A stretch of 64,000 nt of DNA from Okamejei kenojei (GCA_035221665.1 CM069158.1:38502001-38566000); one strand, 5' to 3'. Shown: positions 38,927-52,922, counted from the stretch's first letter. Notes: generated by a model not told the origin, from the letters alone. Made by a program: numbers and translations.

Positions 38927-39938
38927 GTAAGACTTATTATCCCAACTGCTATTTGCTTTACCTGCATTCAATTTATTAGCCAATTGCAAAAAAAATCATA
39001 TTTAATTACCTATTTTAACTGTATCAGATTGCACAGGATATGAAACACCGTTGTACTCTCACTTTTCTTCTGTTAACTGTGATATGAATAACATATCCTC
39101 CTTCCACTTACCTCATTTGGATCCAGAACTGTCCGTTATAGGAGGAGGTGAGACACTGTGCAGGTGCTGGGTTAAACCAAAGCTTATCCTGATAGAGAGT
39201 CATAAAGTGACACAACGTGGAAACAAGCCCTTCACCTCAACTGTCCCACACCAACCAACATGTCCTGGCTACACTAGTCCCACTAAAACATGGTCCCTAA
39301 CGTTCGGGTCAAGCAGCATCTGTGGAGAACACGTTTCACAGAGTGCTGGAGTAACTCAGCGGGTCAGGCAGCATCTGTAGGGAACATGGATAGGTGATGT
39401 TTCACAAAGTGATGGAGTAACTCAGCGGGTCAGGCAGCATCTGTGGAGAACATGGATAGGTGACGTTCAGGTCGGGACCCTTCTTCAGACTTGACAGATT
39501 GCGATCACCAGTAGATGAGTGGCAGAGCCATGGCTGAATCAATGGTAACCACCGAGTGTCAGATTGCACAGGAGTGGAAGTTTCATCTCCATTCCCCCTG
39601 GACCTCCACCCTCACAGAAACCAGTCTTCAGCCAATTGTAACATCAAGGAACGACGAGGAACATTGTGTGCACCAGATAGATGGGAGCAGGCATCTAGCT
39701 GCCGCTGTGCTGCACAGTGATGGGCGAGGGCAACAGTGCGTGGTTGCCCAATTTTACCCTCTTCACTCCGATGGCAAATTTTAATATTACGGTAATCTGG
39801 TAAAAAGATCATGGCCATGTTGGGTCAAATGGTCACTTTCTGGTGTTTTACTGTTCTTTGAGTTTATGATAACCTGATGTCAACCTCTGGTGGTATTGAC
39901 TGTTGGAGGTTGGTCGGTGAAGTTTGGACAAAAGGTGA

Positions 39939-40130
<192 letters not shown>

Positions 40131-41589
40131 TAACACTTCAACTTCTGAATTTATCGCAGACTTTGACTTGATATTCAAACAAAGTGTTTGCTTTTATATA
40201 AATAAAGCGGAATGTAGCAATGCAGGCCTCCAGTAATGCATTGCAGACGCTCTCTTGAAACTTATTATCTTCAGTAAAATTCCACCTGGACCTTTTGATC
40301 AAAAAGAATATCCAACCCATAAGAAGGAGAGAATATTATTTTGCAAGTTGCAAATTTTTCAAACTAAGTAAGGCTTTGACGAGGTGGTCAATGTTGATGA
40401 ATGTTGTTGATGGAGGGAGTCAGCGAGAGCCACATGTCCTCTGCATCCATGTGATGCACCCTCTGTAGACTCAACCAGAGTCCAGGTCTTCAGATGAGGT
40501 GAGAGGAAAAACAAGTGTTGCTTAGGGAATAACAAGAACTCCGAAGTTGAAAATAACATGTAAAATATTAAGTCATTTTGTGGATGACCTGATTATTTCT
40601 CTCTGTTGAAATCATTCCCAGGAACTATTCATCTCAATATTGTGTGTACCATTGGAAATTTAAATCTAATATCTCAGAATCAAAGAACATTGAAATTCAT
40701 GAAGCTTATTAAAATTCACAGCACCATTCCTGGGCATTTTAAAGGAGGCTGTATTTCAAAAAAATTCAGCAGAAAGAATTGTGTGTCATGAAATGGAAAA
40801 AAACATTGCAGGGAAGAGCTGATTGATGTGGAGTCAATTATTTTTATCAAAAACAATAGGAAAGATGGGAGTGGGTGCAATTACTGATGGGTATTTGATC
40901 AAAAGGACAGCAATAACCAAGCGTACCTGCTGGAAAAACAAGTCACAGTGAACTCCAATAATCCACTATCTGATTGGTTGTAAATGCCAATGACACCAAT
41001 GTTCTACAGAACACAGAGGTCCCAGTCACCACGTTCACTTTAACAAGCCTGGGCCCTGTTCATTCCCTCCCATTCACACAACGTATAGGAAAGAATTGCA
41101 GATGCTGGTTTAAATCATAGATAGAGTCCTCTCATTGACAAACCTGGCCCCAGGCCCCAGTAACACACCAGGACCGAGCTTGACACAAAAAGCTAGAGCA
41201 ACTCAGCAGGACAGGCAGCATCTCTGGAGAGAAGGAATGGGTGACATTTCGGGTCGAGAACTTTCCTCAGACTCAAGAAGGGTCTCGACCCAAAACATCA
41301 CTCATTCCTTCTCTCCAGAGATGCTGCCTGTCCCGTTGAGTTGCTCCAGCTTTTCGTGTCTATCTTTGGTTTAAACGAGCACCTGCAGTTCCTTTCTACC
41401 CAGGGCTGAGGTTTGTCCAAAGCCATTAAACTGAGGGCAGGCCTGGTCAAACTCACTGGGGTCTTTGTGGCACACTCCCTCGAACCACTGGTCATTACTC
41501 TGTGAGATCTAAACACAGCTAAAGTGGAATGTGCTATTATTGTAAGTGGCAGAACCTTTAAAAACTTAGAACACTCCAGCACACGAACG

Positions 41590-42028
41590 GCTGGGCTTGT
41601 ACACTCTGGTGTTTAGAAGGATGAGAGGGAATCTTATTGAAACATATAAGATTATTAAGTGTTTGGACATGCTAGAGGCAGGAAGTGTTCCCGATGTTGG
41701 GAGACTCCAGAACCAGGGGCCACAGTTTAAGAATAAGGGGTAAGGCATTTAGAACGGAGAAGAGGAAACACTTTTTCACACAGAGATTTGTGAGTGTGGA
41801 ATTCTCTGCCTCAGAAGGCAGTGGAGGCCGGTTCTCTGGATACTTTCAAGAGGGAGCTTGATAGGGCTCTTAAAGATAGCGGAGTCAGGGGATATGGGCA
41901 GAAGGCAGAAACGGGGTACTGATTGTGGATGATCAGCCATGATCACATTGAATGGCGATGCTGGCTCAAAGGGCCGAATGGCCTACTCCTGCACCTATTG
42001 TCTATTGTCTATTGTCTATTGTCTATTG
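41590..42028 (+). mobile_element. CR1 LINE 3' end with (CTATTGT)n tail
   Basis: CR1 C-terminus, 3' UTR and a heptamer tail at 41995-42028. Confidence 0.88.
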
Positions 42029-42552
42029 AACCCTGTTAATTATTGACATGAGTTTCGAGTATAGGTTTGTATTATTTCTTCCTCTGGGAACAGAGCTTTT
42101 TTTAAATAAATGGACCTGATAATGTATTTGATAACTTCTTACTTTTTTCTAGTTCCTATGATCCGCAGAATCGTAATATTTTTCTGTGAAGCCTTTTTTT
42201 CCCGTCAACTGGTCATTTCTTTCTTCAACATCTATATTTCCCATTTAATAGTCTCGTACTTATTAAAAAACTGATATCCACTGTGCTGTGTAACAATAAT
42301 TAATACAAACTGATACATTAATGTAGCTTCTCTTCACTGCACCTAATTATGTTTGTGCAATTTGTGATGATTAAAGATTATAATGAAAACTGATTCAATA
42401 CATTGCAATAAAATGTTCATTACATTGAAAGGTGTTAAACCAATTTACAATTACATCATTTTTTCTCTGTAATGGGTTAATATGTGATTAGTAGAATGTC
42501 ATCCTTAATGTTGGTGGTGGCAGTGAGCTAAGCTGCATTGTCTGTCTTTCAG

Positions 42553-42641
42553 AGCCGTATTTTATTCATGCCGTGGAATATGGTCGGCATGTTTTCTTCT
42601 TTTTCCGAGAAATTGCTATGGAATTTAACTACCTGGAAAAG
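42553..42641 (+). CDS. SEMA6B: Semaphorin-6 exon (89 bp): [30 protein letters not shown]
   Basis: Boundaries ttcag|...|gtaact. [11 protein letters not shown] matches SEMA6B. Confidence 0.95.
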
Positions 42642-42890
42642 GTAACTGGAACACCGGATATGTGTCATGACGGAATAATGTGGGCAGTGAATTCTGTTAA
42701 TATATGCGTAAAACGGGAAAAAAACTAGCAACATTTGTCCCCACAGTCTTGGAAATAAAAGACTTCTTTATCATTTATAGAATTTCTTCCCTTTGCTCCC
42801 CATTCAATAAACAGCTTGGATTTAGAACGTGACGCACAAGAAAATAGAGGGTGGCACAAGGCATGCATGACGTTGGATGCATTTCCTGCC

Positions 42891-43153
42891 ATGACCCATA
42901 GATGACCATTGATGACCCATAGATGACCCATAGATGACCCATAGATGACCCATAGATGACCCATTAATGACCCATAGATGACCCATAGATGACCCATAAA
43001 TGACCCATAGATGACCCACTAATGACCCATAGATGACCCATAGATGACCCATAGATGACCCATTAATGACCCATAGATCACCCATAGATCACCCATAGAT
43101 CACCCATAAATGGCCCATAGATGACCCATAGATCACTTATAGACCACCTATAG
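42891..43153. repeat. 11-bp minisatellite (GATGACCCATA)n
   Basis: About 23 tandem copies, starting ~250 bp downstream of an exon. Confidence 0.95.
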
Positions 43154-43367
43154 ATTTGTGGTGTTTTTACCACTGAGCTGTGATGAAGACTGATGTAAGT
43201 TAATATATTGAGATAGAACAAGTACACTTGTAGCCTAACAGTGGACAACAGAAGCATTTAGTATTTCTATTTCCAGTTGTTTAACTGAATAATCAATGAA
43301 GAAGGAGAGTTCCCACAACAGCTCACAGATTAGTCCATTTAATTCTCCAATATATCCATCCTAAACT

Positions 43368-43496
43368 TCTTCTTCATCTTGCGTATGGCGTGCACAGCCT
43401 AACGTTGTACACCTACATCTATTTGTTTATGTACACCGGGTTGAATGCATTAGTCAAAACAGGGTGGACCACGTGACGGCTGCAATCTCCTACCCC
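43368..43496 (-). mobile_element. Short non-autonomous element with a 5' HDV-like ribozyme and a (GAA)n tail, copy 2
   Basis: TSD catcctaaact (43357-43367) / tatcctaaact (43497-43507), and homology to 30544-30694. Confidence 0.82.
43443..43496 (-). ncRNA. Minimal HDV-like ribozyme, degenerate copy (predicted)
   Basis: GGGGTAG-GA-GATTGCA-GCC-GTCACGT-GGT-CCACCCT-GTTTTGA-CTAA-TGCATTC, with single mismatches in P1 and P2. Confidence 0.65.
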
Positions 43497-44174
43497 TATC
43501 CTAAACTGATCACAAGAGAGCAGCACTAATGGTCTGTCCTTCTCGTAGTTCGATGGAAGCATGTTCTGTTTCCAGCCTCTGGGTCTATCACTGTTGGATT
43601 CTGAGTCGGGACCATTGCCGAACGTTTGGTGGGACCCTAAGGAACACACACAACTGAGACCTTGAACATGTTCAGTCACTTTCCCGTTGATATGAGAACA
43701 TTGCATAAAGAGAGGCCAGTCAAGCAAGTCACTAGCGAACAACAAATCATATTCTTCAAGGGAACATTCGTATGAATTAAATCCACACAATAACTATTAA
43801 CATGATCATATTGGCTGTGAACAGTGAAGTTATTGATTCAACTGGATAAAAAGTGTGAAGATATTTCACAAGGTTCCAACATGTGATGGCAGTAAGGTGT
43901 AAAGTTGGTCTCGTTCTCTGGGGCAATGGAAGATTTATTTTATAAATCTAGTCATCACCAGCTCCTAATTCATGATTCCCACTTGGAAAGTGAAGACAGA
44001 ACCAGGGTTGCCAGTGAATGATTATCCAGTCATTAGCATGCATTACAGTGGCCCCTTACTACTGCCAATCCCTGTGGATCCCTAGACAAGGGGAACGACT
44101 GCTGTCAGGAGAAAAGGGGAGAAACATTGGCGCCAACAGTGGGTCGTCACCAATGTACTCTCTCTCAACAACAG

Positions 44175-44392
44175 GTGGTTCTCTCTCGTGTGGCTCGTGT
44201 CTGCAAGAATGATATGGGTGGGTCCCAGCGAGTGCTGGAGAAGCAGTGGACATCCTTCCTGAAGGCTCGCTTGAACTGTTCCGTACCGGGAGACTCGCAC
44301 TTTTACTTCAATGTCCTTCAGGCGGTGACTGACACCATCCGGATTAATGGGCACACGATCGTACTCGCCATATTCTCCACTCCCTCCAACAG
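44175..44392 (+). CDS. SEMA6B: Semaphorin-6 exon (218 bp): [72 protein letters not shown]
   Basis: Boundaries acag|...|gtaata and the hallmark Sema motif [12 protein letters not shown]. Confidence 0.97.
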
Positions 44393-45951
44393 GTAATAAA
44401 CTTCCCAATAATTACGTTCCATCCATTGACTCTGCGGTTATGTGATTTACTGTTCGCTTCCCACAGTAAAGTGCATCAGTTTAAATGTACAAAGCACTGT
44501 TCATCTGGAGATCTGTGTCCAGGTCTAAATGTGGATATCACTGTCCTTGAAGGACTGCAAAGAACAAGTAAGATGATCACCAGCGTAAGGAGGGGAACGG
44601 GGAAGAATAAAGACATTGGGCTTTTTACGGTGATCAGGAGATGACAGGAAAGAAAACCTAATTGATTTTAACGACAGCTGTCAGAACTGATGCAAATAGT
44701 GAGGGCCGCCCTCAACAGATCATCACAGAGATGGGAGAGTAGAAATTGAAAAGATTTGTAGTACAAGTTCCCAAGAAATATTATAGCAAAATGCAGTATA
44801 AAGACATTGTGAATTTGCAAACATAGTGGATGTTAGGCTGAGAAAGGATTGAATGATATAGTAAAAAGCAGCCAAGTGGGGAAAAGATCATCTGGGGAAA
44901 GATATTTGGATTCAGCCGAACAATGATGCTGTAAATATTGTTGGATGTATTAAAAATATTGTATTTCATTGCTGTCAATTTTGCTTTCAGAAAATGCCTT
45001 GGTTTTAAGAAATAATTTGAGCATTTTGTTTTACTAAATGTGGTGTTTATTGAGATGAGGGGCATAATTGGAGCAACAGATACAGTTCCAATTTGATGCA
45101 CATGGATCCCAAGAGTGGAAACTACATGCCTAGGGGGCAGTGGTGTCGATCAGTAATGTAGTTAACCTCTATCACAGGGTACCCTACGGTCTGGGTGCTT
45201 TTAACTCACAGATTGCACCTGAATGTCGCAGGTCAACTGGGCAGCTTGAACAGTAGCATGTGGACCTCAGTGTAGCAGGCTATCAAGCACGAACAAAACC
45301 TCCAGTCAATGGCAGCACTGTGGTGGAGATGGGCTGGAAATGGCTGGTGAGGGATTAGAGGATGCAAGGTGAGGTGACCCTGAAGTAGGAGAGACCTGGA
45401 TGTATCTTTGATGTCCAGAAGACTGTATCTCACCCTCTCCTGATGTCCTTCCATGTTTGTTACCTGATCAAAGCCTGCAGCAGATGTGTCCCCCTTGTAA
45501 AGGACCCAAGTGACACATCAGCCTCTGATCATTGCAACAGAAGAACTCATAAGGTCATAAGGAATAGTAGAATTAGGCCATTTGGCCCATTGTCTATTCC
45601 GCCATTCAATCATGGCTGATCTACCAATCCCTCCTAACCCCATTCTCCTGCCTTCTCCCCATAACCTCAGACACACTCTGCATAACCTCTGCCAATGTCT
45701 TTCCTCCAACTTAGAAGAGCGGTCAAAATGTAGAAACAAGGATCTGCAGATGCTGATCTTCAAAGAAGGACACAAAGTGCTGGAGAACATGGATAGGTGA
45801 CTTCTTCATCACCAGGACCCTTCTTCAGAATATTTGGCCAATCAGTCTTTAGAAGGGTCCTGGGCCAAAACATCATCTATCCATGTTCTCCAGAGATGCT
45901 GCCAGACTCCAGCACTCTGTGAAACGTCATCTATCCATGTTCTCCAGAGAT

Positions 45952-47369
45952 AGACAAAAGTGCTGGAGAAACTCAGCGGGTGCAGCAGCATCTATGGAGC
46001 GAAGGAAATAGGCAACGTTTCGGGCCAAAACCCTTCTTCAGACTGATGGAGGGTGGGGGGAGGGGGGGGGCGTGGAGATGAAAGGAAAAAGGAGGAGGAG
46101 GAGCCTGGGGGCTGAGGGAGAGCTAGGAAGGAGAGGAGACAGCAAGGGCTAACGGAATTGGGAGAATTCAATGTTCAGGCCACCGGGATGCAGACTGGCC
46201 ATATGAGGTGCTGTTCCTCCAATTTACAGTGTTGCTCACTCTGGCCATGGAGGAGGCCCAGGACAGAGCGGTCGGATACGGAATGGGAGGGGGTGTTGAA
46301 ATGCTGAGCCACCGGGAGGTCAGGTTGGTTAATGCAGACCGAGCGCTGGTGTTCGGTGAAACGATCGGCAACCTACGCTTGGTCTCACCGATGTAGATCA
46401 GCTGACATCTAGAGCAGTGGATGCAATAGATGAGGTTGGAGGAGGTGCAGGTGAACCTCTGTCGCACCTGGAACGATTGCTTGGGTCCTTGAATGGAGTC
46501 GAGGGGGGAGGTAAAGCGACAAGTGTAGCATCTCTTGCGGTTGCAAGGGAAAGTGCTCGGGGAGGGGGTGGTGCGGGAGGGAAGGGAAGAATTGACAAGG
46601 GAGTTACGGAGGGAGCAGTCTTTGCGGAAAGCAGACGGGGGGAGATGAGAAGATGTGGCGAGTGGTGGGGTCACGTTGGAGGTGGCGAAACTGACGGAGG
46701 ACTTGATTTGTTGTATGTGACGGCTAGTGGGGTGAAAGGTGAGGACTAGGGAGACTCTGCCCTTGTTACGAGTGGGGGGATGGGGAGACAGAGCAGTGTT
46801 ACGGGGTATGGAAGAGACCCTGGTGCGAGCCTCATCTATAGTAGGGGTGGGGAACCCCTGTTCCTGAAGAATGAGGACATTTCCAATACCCTGGTGTGGA
46901 ACACCTCATCCTGGGAGCAGATGCGGCGTGGGCGGAGGAATTGGGAATAGGGGATGGAGTCCTTACAGGAAGCAGGGTGGGAAGAAGAGTAGTCAAGATA
47001 GCCATGGGAGTCAATGGGTTTATAGTGGATGTCGATCAGAAGTCTATCACCTGCGATGGAGATAGTGAGGTCAAGAAATGGTAGGGAAGTGTCGGAAATG
47101 GTCCAGGTGTATGTGAGTGCCGGATGGAAGTTAGTGGTGAAACGGATGAAGTCAGTCAGTTGTGTGTGGGTGCAGGAGGTGACACCAAAGCAGTCGTCGA
47201 TGTAGCGGAGGTAGAGGTCGGGGATGGGGCCCTGGTACGCCGAGAACAAGGATTGTTCAACGTACCCGACAAAGAGGCAGGCGTAGCTGGGGCCCATGCG
47301 CGTGCTCATAACTACACCGTGTAGTCGGGGATGGGGCCCTGGTACGCCTCGAACAAGGATTATGCCTAC
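45952..47369 (-). mobile_element. 5'-truncated Penelope-like element (RT and GIY-YIG) with a hammerhead in its 3' pLTR
   Basis: RT MGPSYACLFVG...YLRYIDD...FLDL...YKP and GIY-YIG NLIYCIHC..CQLIYIGETKRRL. Hammerhead ctgaagaagggttttggcccgaaacgtt at ~46014-46041. TSD ttctccagagat at 45940-45951 and 47370-47381. Confidence 0.93.
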
Positions 47370-47600
47370 TTCTCCAGAGATGCTGCCTGACTCGCTGAGT
47401 TACTCCAGCACTCTGTGTCCTGCTTACAAGAGCGGGTCGGTATAGAGGATTGCAGAATCAATTAGCAATAGTACCAGGATTATTTTTTCAATGAAAGGTT
47501 CGAGCAAATGTTGACAAGAAGGTTTGTCAGGTGGCTGGACTGGACTGCCCACTATTGCCATTGGCCATTAAACTGATTTAGATGCTTCTGACATTCAAAC

Positions 47601-48245
47601 TAGCAGTGTTTTTCCTGCCGACTGTGGGTTAAATTCACCGCAAACCACAATGTTCCAATCCACCGCGTTCCACTAAAACCCACTGGCAAGTTGATTTAAA
47701 TGGCCATTAATTTACGGGAATTAAACACTAAATTCCTTCCATTTGGCCTATAAATTCATGAAAATGAGATTTAAAAATCATGTTATGTTGTGAATTATTG
47801 TGTGAATGTTATTTGGACACTTAGGCAATGTAAAAATGTTTATCTTTTCTTAAGAAATTGATAGATCTAGTAATTGAATTTTGTAATTAGCTACAATTAG
47901 GTTAACTAATTATATGCTTTAATTCCAGGTCATCCAAGTAAGATTGTTTCATATTTGTTTCAGAATTGTTCAATCTATAATAACTGAAAATTTCATTGAG
48001 TTCTCTTAATTTTTAAGAAAGCTATGGACTTTTGACTGTCCTAGATCACAGCTTTTGAGTTAAGTCAATGGAAAGGCAATGGGGAACAAGATGCTAATTT
48101 CTGAGTATGAAAATGGCCATAACCTTTTTAATACTGAAGATATGAAAGTGAATTAGGTGTCAAATTAAACTTCTTTTTATGCTTTATCTGATGGGATAAA
48201 TTGCAGACTTGATTTTTAACATCTCAAAATTTTGTAACATTGCTA
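47601..48245. mobile_element. Possible AT-rich non-autonomous DNA transposon (hAT-like ends)
   Basis: Short imperfect TIR TAGCAGTGTT...AACATTGCTA. No matching 8-bp TSD. Confidence 0.3.
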
Positions 48246-49277
48246 CCCAGTTCACCTGCTCCATTGTTCTTCGTAAAGTGGGGAACGGGAGTTGGACACG
48301 GTTTTGCAGTAGACAGAGATGTGTGGAATCTGCTGCATTTGCTGCTTGGACCATCAGCACCGAGTGACTGATTAATCAGCCTCTTTAAAGAATGGCATTA
48401 AAATGTAATCAAACATTTTATTTTCCTGCAAGAATGTAACATTTCTGGGTCAAGTCAATGAATGTCAACAATCAATATGCTCAGCGTTCAAAACTAGACG
48501 AGCTGACCTCAAGAAATAATGACTGAATAATGACTGCCAAGGTCTGCAAATTGTTTATCAGCCATTTGCAAGTCCAAATAATTCTTTATTTCTCTAGAAG
48601 CCCATTTTGAAAATGGATTTGAAAGTGCAATGAACAATATGTTTTAATGAAGCATGAATGCAAGTCAGCAGGCCTTTGCTTTTGCAGATAGCTTTTATAC
48701 AATTTATTCTTCTGTCAACATACTAAACCTGGACCTTCACATCTCTGTAGCCTAGAAAGACATGTCCACCAAGTGTCAGTGTGTAACACTGTTACTCAGA
48801 CATGATTGTTATTTAAGAATATGTCATTCAATATCAAAATCTGCAAGTAATGAGAACCAGTGATGGGTGCAGGAAGCATTTAACCACACAGGGGAAGAAA
48901 GCAAGAATCAATATACAAGAAGGAACTTGGAAAATACTAGAGATTTAAGTGAAAATGTAGATTAATGTGAGGTTAATGCATTTGGTAAAAAAAGTAAAAA
49001 CATCAGACAAATCTTAGAAAATTAAAAGTAACCAAAATGAAATAGGGAGCAAGGTGATCTAGGGATAAGAATAAGGGACATACAAATGCCATCACCCTCA
49101 ATCACTTAATTATTCAATTGTCAGATGTAGACACCGCAGACAAGGTCCACAATTAGGGCACCATTCTACTTAACCTGAGACAGTAGTGCAGAGTATTCTG
49201 TAGGGATGTCTTGATGTCACGCTCCATCAAGGATAGCAGCTCTCACCTTACATCCCAAATTCAGCTTTTTATAGACT

Positions 49278-49460
49278 ATAGCTGTGATGAGGTATGGAGG
49301 ATTGAGGTGTATGGAGATATAGTGGTGTATGGAGGTGTGTGGAGGTATAAAGTGTATGGGGCATTGAGGTGTATGGAGGTATAGTGGTGTATGGAGGTGT
49401 GTGGAATTATGAGGTGTATGGGGCATTGAGATATATGGAGCTGTGATGAGGTATGTAGCT
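49278..49460. repeat. Degenerate GGTGTATGGA-type tandem repeat
   Basis: Repeated gaggtgtatgg units. Confidence 0.7.
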
Positions 49461-49774
49461 GAGATGTATTGGTACTGGTTTGTTATTGTCATGTATACCG
49501 AGATGTAGTGAGAAGTTGTGTTTGTCTTTCTGGAACTCTGACTGAACTAATGCTATTAACGTGGTAAGATTGCCAAGCACACCTGCCACCACTCCACTGG
49601 TAGATGTCGGTGCTGCAGCCGTACTGGTGCAGAGTGGCAGGAAGGAGGACATTGAGTTCTAGAGTACAAATCTTCAGCACCATTGCCGAGCTTTGGTTGG
49701 GACACTAAGGCAGTGTCCTGTCCAGCGTACTTGACTGTTTCTTGATATCTGTGGAAGGAATCAAATAGTGTTCA

Positions 49775-50205
49775 TTATGAGCTATAGGGAGAGGTTGAGC
49801 AGGCTAGGAATCTTCTTCTTGGAGCAGAGGACAATGAAGATCTTATAGGAGTGTACAAAACCATGAGAGGAATAGATCGGGTAAACATGTCTCTTGCCCA
49901 GAGTGAAGGAATCGAGAACCAGAGGACAAAGGGCTAAGGTGAAGGGGAGAAAGATTTAGGAACCAGAGCGGTAACCTTCTCACACAAAGGGTGGTGGGTC
50001 TATGGAACGAGCAGCCGGTGCAGGTAGGTGAGGCTGGGATTATTGCAATGTTTAAGAAACAGTTAGATAGGTACATGGATAGGACAGATCTAGAGGGATA
50101 TGGGCCAAATGCAGGCAGATGGGACTAGTGTAGCTGGGACATGTTGGGCGGTGTGGGCAAGTTGGGATGATGGGCCTGTTTCCATGCTCTGTGACTGTAT
50201 GACTA
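49775..50205 (+). mobile_element. CR1 LINE 3' fragment
   Basis: CR1 C-terminus and 3' UTR ending in the tail gtgactgtatgactatg. Confidence 0.85.
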
Positions 50206-51479
50206 TGCAGAGGCCACGAGATGAACCCAGGCGAGATCATCAATTCCACACGTTTGGCTAAAGGCAGTTCCAAGTAATTCATCAAATCCAGTCAATTTTC
50301 TTGTGGTCTAATACTAATACTAATAACGGCTCCTTTTTTCAAATCCCAGATTATTTAATTTAATAAATTCAATATATCAGCTGCCGTGTAGAATTTTGAA
50401 TTGAAATCAAAGTTCTAATTTAAGGAGTATTGAATTCACTAGCAGCAAGTTTATATTAAACTGGTATTGGACCTTAAACAGGATGCACTAAGTTTAATGC
50501 GTAGCTCTGTTCCATTTACTGCAAGACCTCTGGCAAAAATCCCAGTGAAAATCATGGGAAATGTTGCTGACAGTGTTATCTGGAGCAGATAACTTCGCCG
50601 CAGACCCCATGGCAGCCCACAATGTAACAAAAGAGCCAGCCCGATTGATGTCACAGCATCATCTGAGTGTGTTGACATCAACAGCTCATATAGACACGGT
50701 GGTGAACATTTCATGGTTTGTCAGAATGATGTAAAATATTTCCAAACATGTTAACAGTGAAAACAAACTACAAATATCAGGTGGGACTTTAAATGATCCA
50801 GATCGATGTATAGTATAACATTGTGGTTGTGGACAGAATGTTTTCATTTGTAACAGAACCAAAAGCAGGAGGCATAAGATTTCAAAAAAATTACTAATAA
50901 ATCTAATTAGGAAATAAGGAAAGAATGGACACAAAATGCTGGTGTAACTCAGGGGGACAGGCAGCATCTCTGGAGAGAAGGAATGGGTGATGTTTTGGGT
51001 CGAGACCCTTCGTCAGACTCAAGAATCATCAGTCTCCCATTCCTTCTCTCCAGTGGTGCTGTGACTTTCAGGAAGAAGTTGGGTGAGGTTCACAAATCTG
51101 CCCGCTCTTTTGGGAGTGTGGGTTTGTGTGAACCAGTCTGGGCCAATAAACAACTCCTCAGCCCAACATGCAGAATAACAATTGCTCTTTGATTCCTTTG
51201 GGTTCAATAATGTAAACACGGTAGTCTTTAGATGTCCAAAGGTTGTTTCTCTCTGGCACACAACACAGGTCAGAACCTCCCCTCTTTATTCACTAGAGTG
51301 ACTACCCCACGGAGGATCAGCACATTCCCAGGAGTTGGAGAGATGTGTCCCAATAGTTATGGGATTGTGCTGGTCACTATTGGTGAGAATAGTTTCAAAT
51401 ATAACATTCATCATTGTTCATTGAAGATCCTTCCTTTCCAGCTTTGGTTTTGGTTCCCAACATTAAAAGGAACACTCTT

Positions 51480-51740
51480 AGGGGAAAGATTTAATAGGAA
51501 TCTGAGGGTAACTTTTCCACACAAAGGCGGTTGGTGTATGAAACGAGCTGCCAGAGGAGGTACTTGAGGCTGGGACTATCCCAATGTTCAAACAAGTTAG
51601 ACACAGGTACGTGAATAGGACAAGTTTGGAAGATATGGGCCAAACGCAGACGGGTGGGACTAGTGTAGATGGGACATGTTGGCCAGTGTGGGCAAGTTGG
51701 GCCGAAGGGCCTGTTTCTACACTGTAAGGCTCTATGACTT
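51480..51740 (+). mobile_element. CR1 LINE 3' fragment
   Basis: Reads ggggaaagatttaataggaa...gggccgaagggcctgtttc. Confidence 0.8.
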
Positions 51741-52922
51741 TTCTCAATTATACATTTATTTCAGCACCATGTTTGCTGACCTTCAAAATGTTGCAAGAAC
51801 CTTGGGCCAAGGAGCAGTAACCAACTTGGATTCAGATCTCGAATGTACCTCTGAAGTGATCTGAGGACTTCTTGCAATCTGTCAGTGGATGTTGGCTGAT
51901 CTGTGGCATTGTTCTGTGTGGGTGGTGACATGATGGGCAAGCACGAGGGTCAGTCACGTGGTATTTGGCCAATGGGTCCAGTGTGGTGGAGAACCAGCCG
52001 GAGGGTGGACCATCATTTCCATCAGGGTCTGACAGAACCAAGGGCTTTGATGAGTAGTGTGCAGTCTACAGTCAGAGGCCCTTTCAACCCCGCATTGCTA
52101 TTGTCGTGGTTTAGAGACTCAAAATTGGATAAAATGACACAGACACAGAGAATTTTTCAAGAAGAAGAAAGCCTTTATTTGCAAAAATCGGCTGGTACTT
52201 TCAGAGATGACACCACCTGTCCGTTCTCTAATTGCGCTCCAATGCACAGAAACAGGCAGCTTTTTATTACAGTTTTTCAGCCCTATCTCTTCCATCTTAT
52301 CTTGCATACTGTACTCCTCTCGCATCAATCTAACTTCGATTCTAATATTCTCTGTCTCGCCACCATTAACTTCTGACCTTACATTTCCCCTCATATCGCT
52401 TCTTCATTTGTCACCCTTAAATTCCAAACTGTTACTCTAATCTCGCAGCTATGTCTACTTTGCCACCATTATGTTTTAGCTAAAGCCAAGGTTACACACA
52501 CCATATTATACTGTTACATATTAGTTTATGTTTAATACAAAGATATAAATGTATTTATTAAGAATACAAAGATGCAAAAGTAGAAATAAGTAACTTGTTT
52601 AGTGTCTTGATTACTAGATAAATGATTTAATTAAGTGCTGCTAAATGGCTAACAATCACGTGAGGCTAAATAAAATAAACTGATGTCTGATTATGTAAAA
52701 TGGCTGACATCTGCTGGCCATGATAAATGTTTTAATTAAGTGTTCTTCTAAATAACTTCCATACTATCATCCTAAGATAACTCAGCGAGACAGGCAGCAT
52801 CTCTGAAGATAAGGAATGGGTGACGTTTTGGGTCGAGATCCTTCTTTAGACACTCCAGTCTCGACTCGAAATGTCACCTATTCCTTCTCTCCAGAGATGC
52901 TGCCTGTCCTGCTGAGTTACTC

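Noticed and set aside
42725-43085. MGHLWVIYGSS repeat ORFs
   Set aside because: These are translations of the 11-bp minisatellite.
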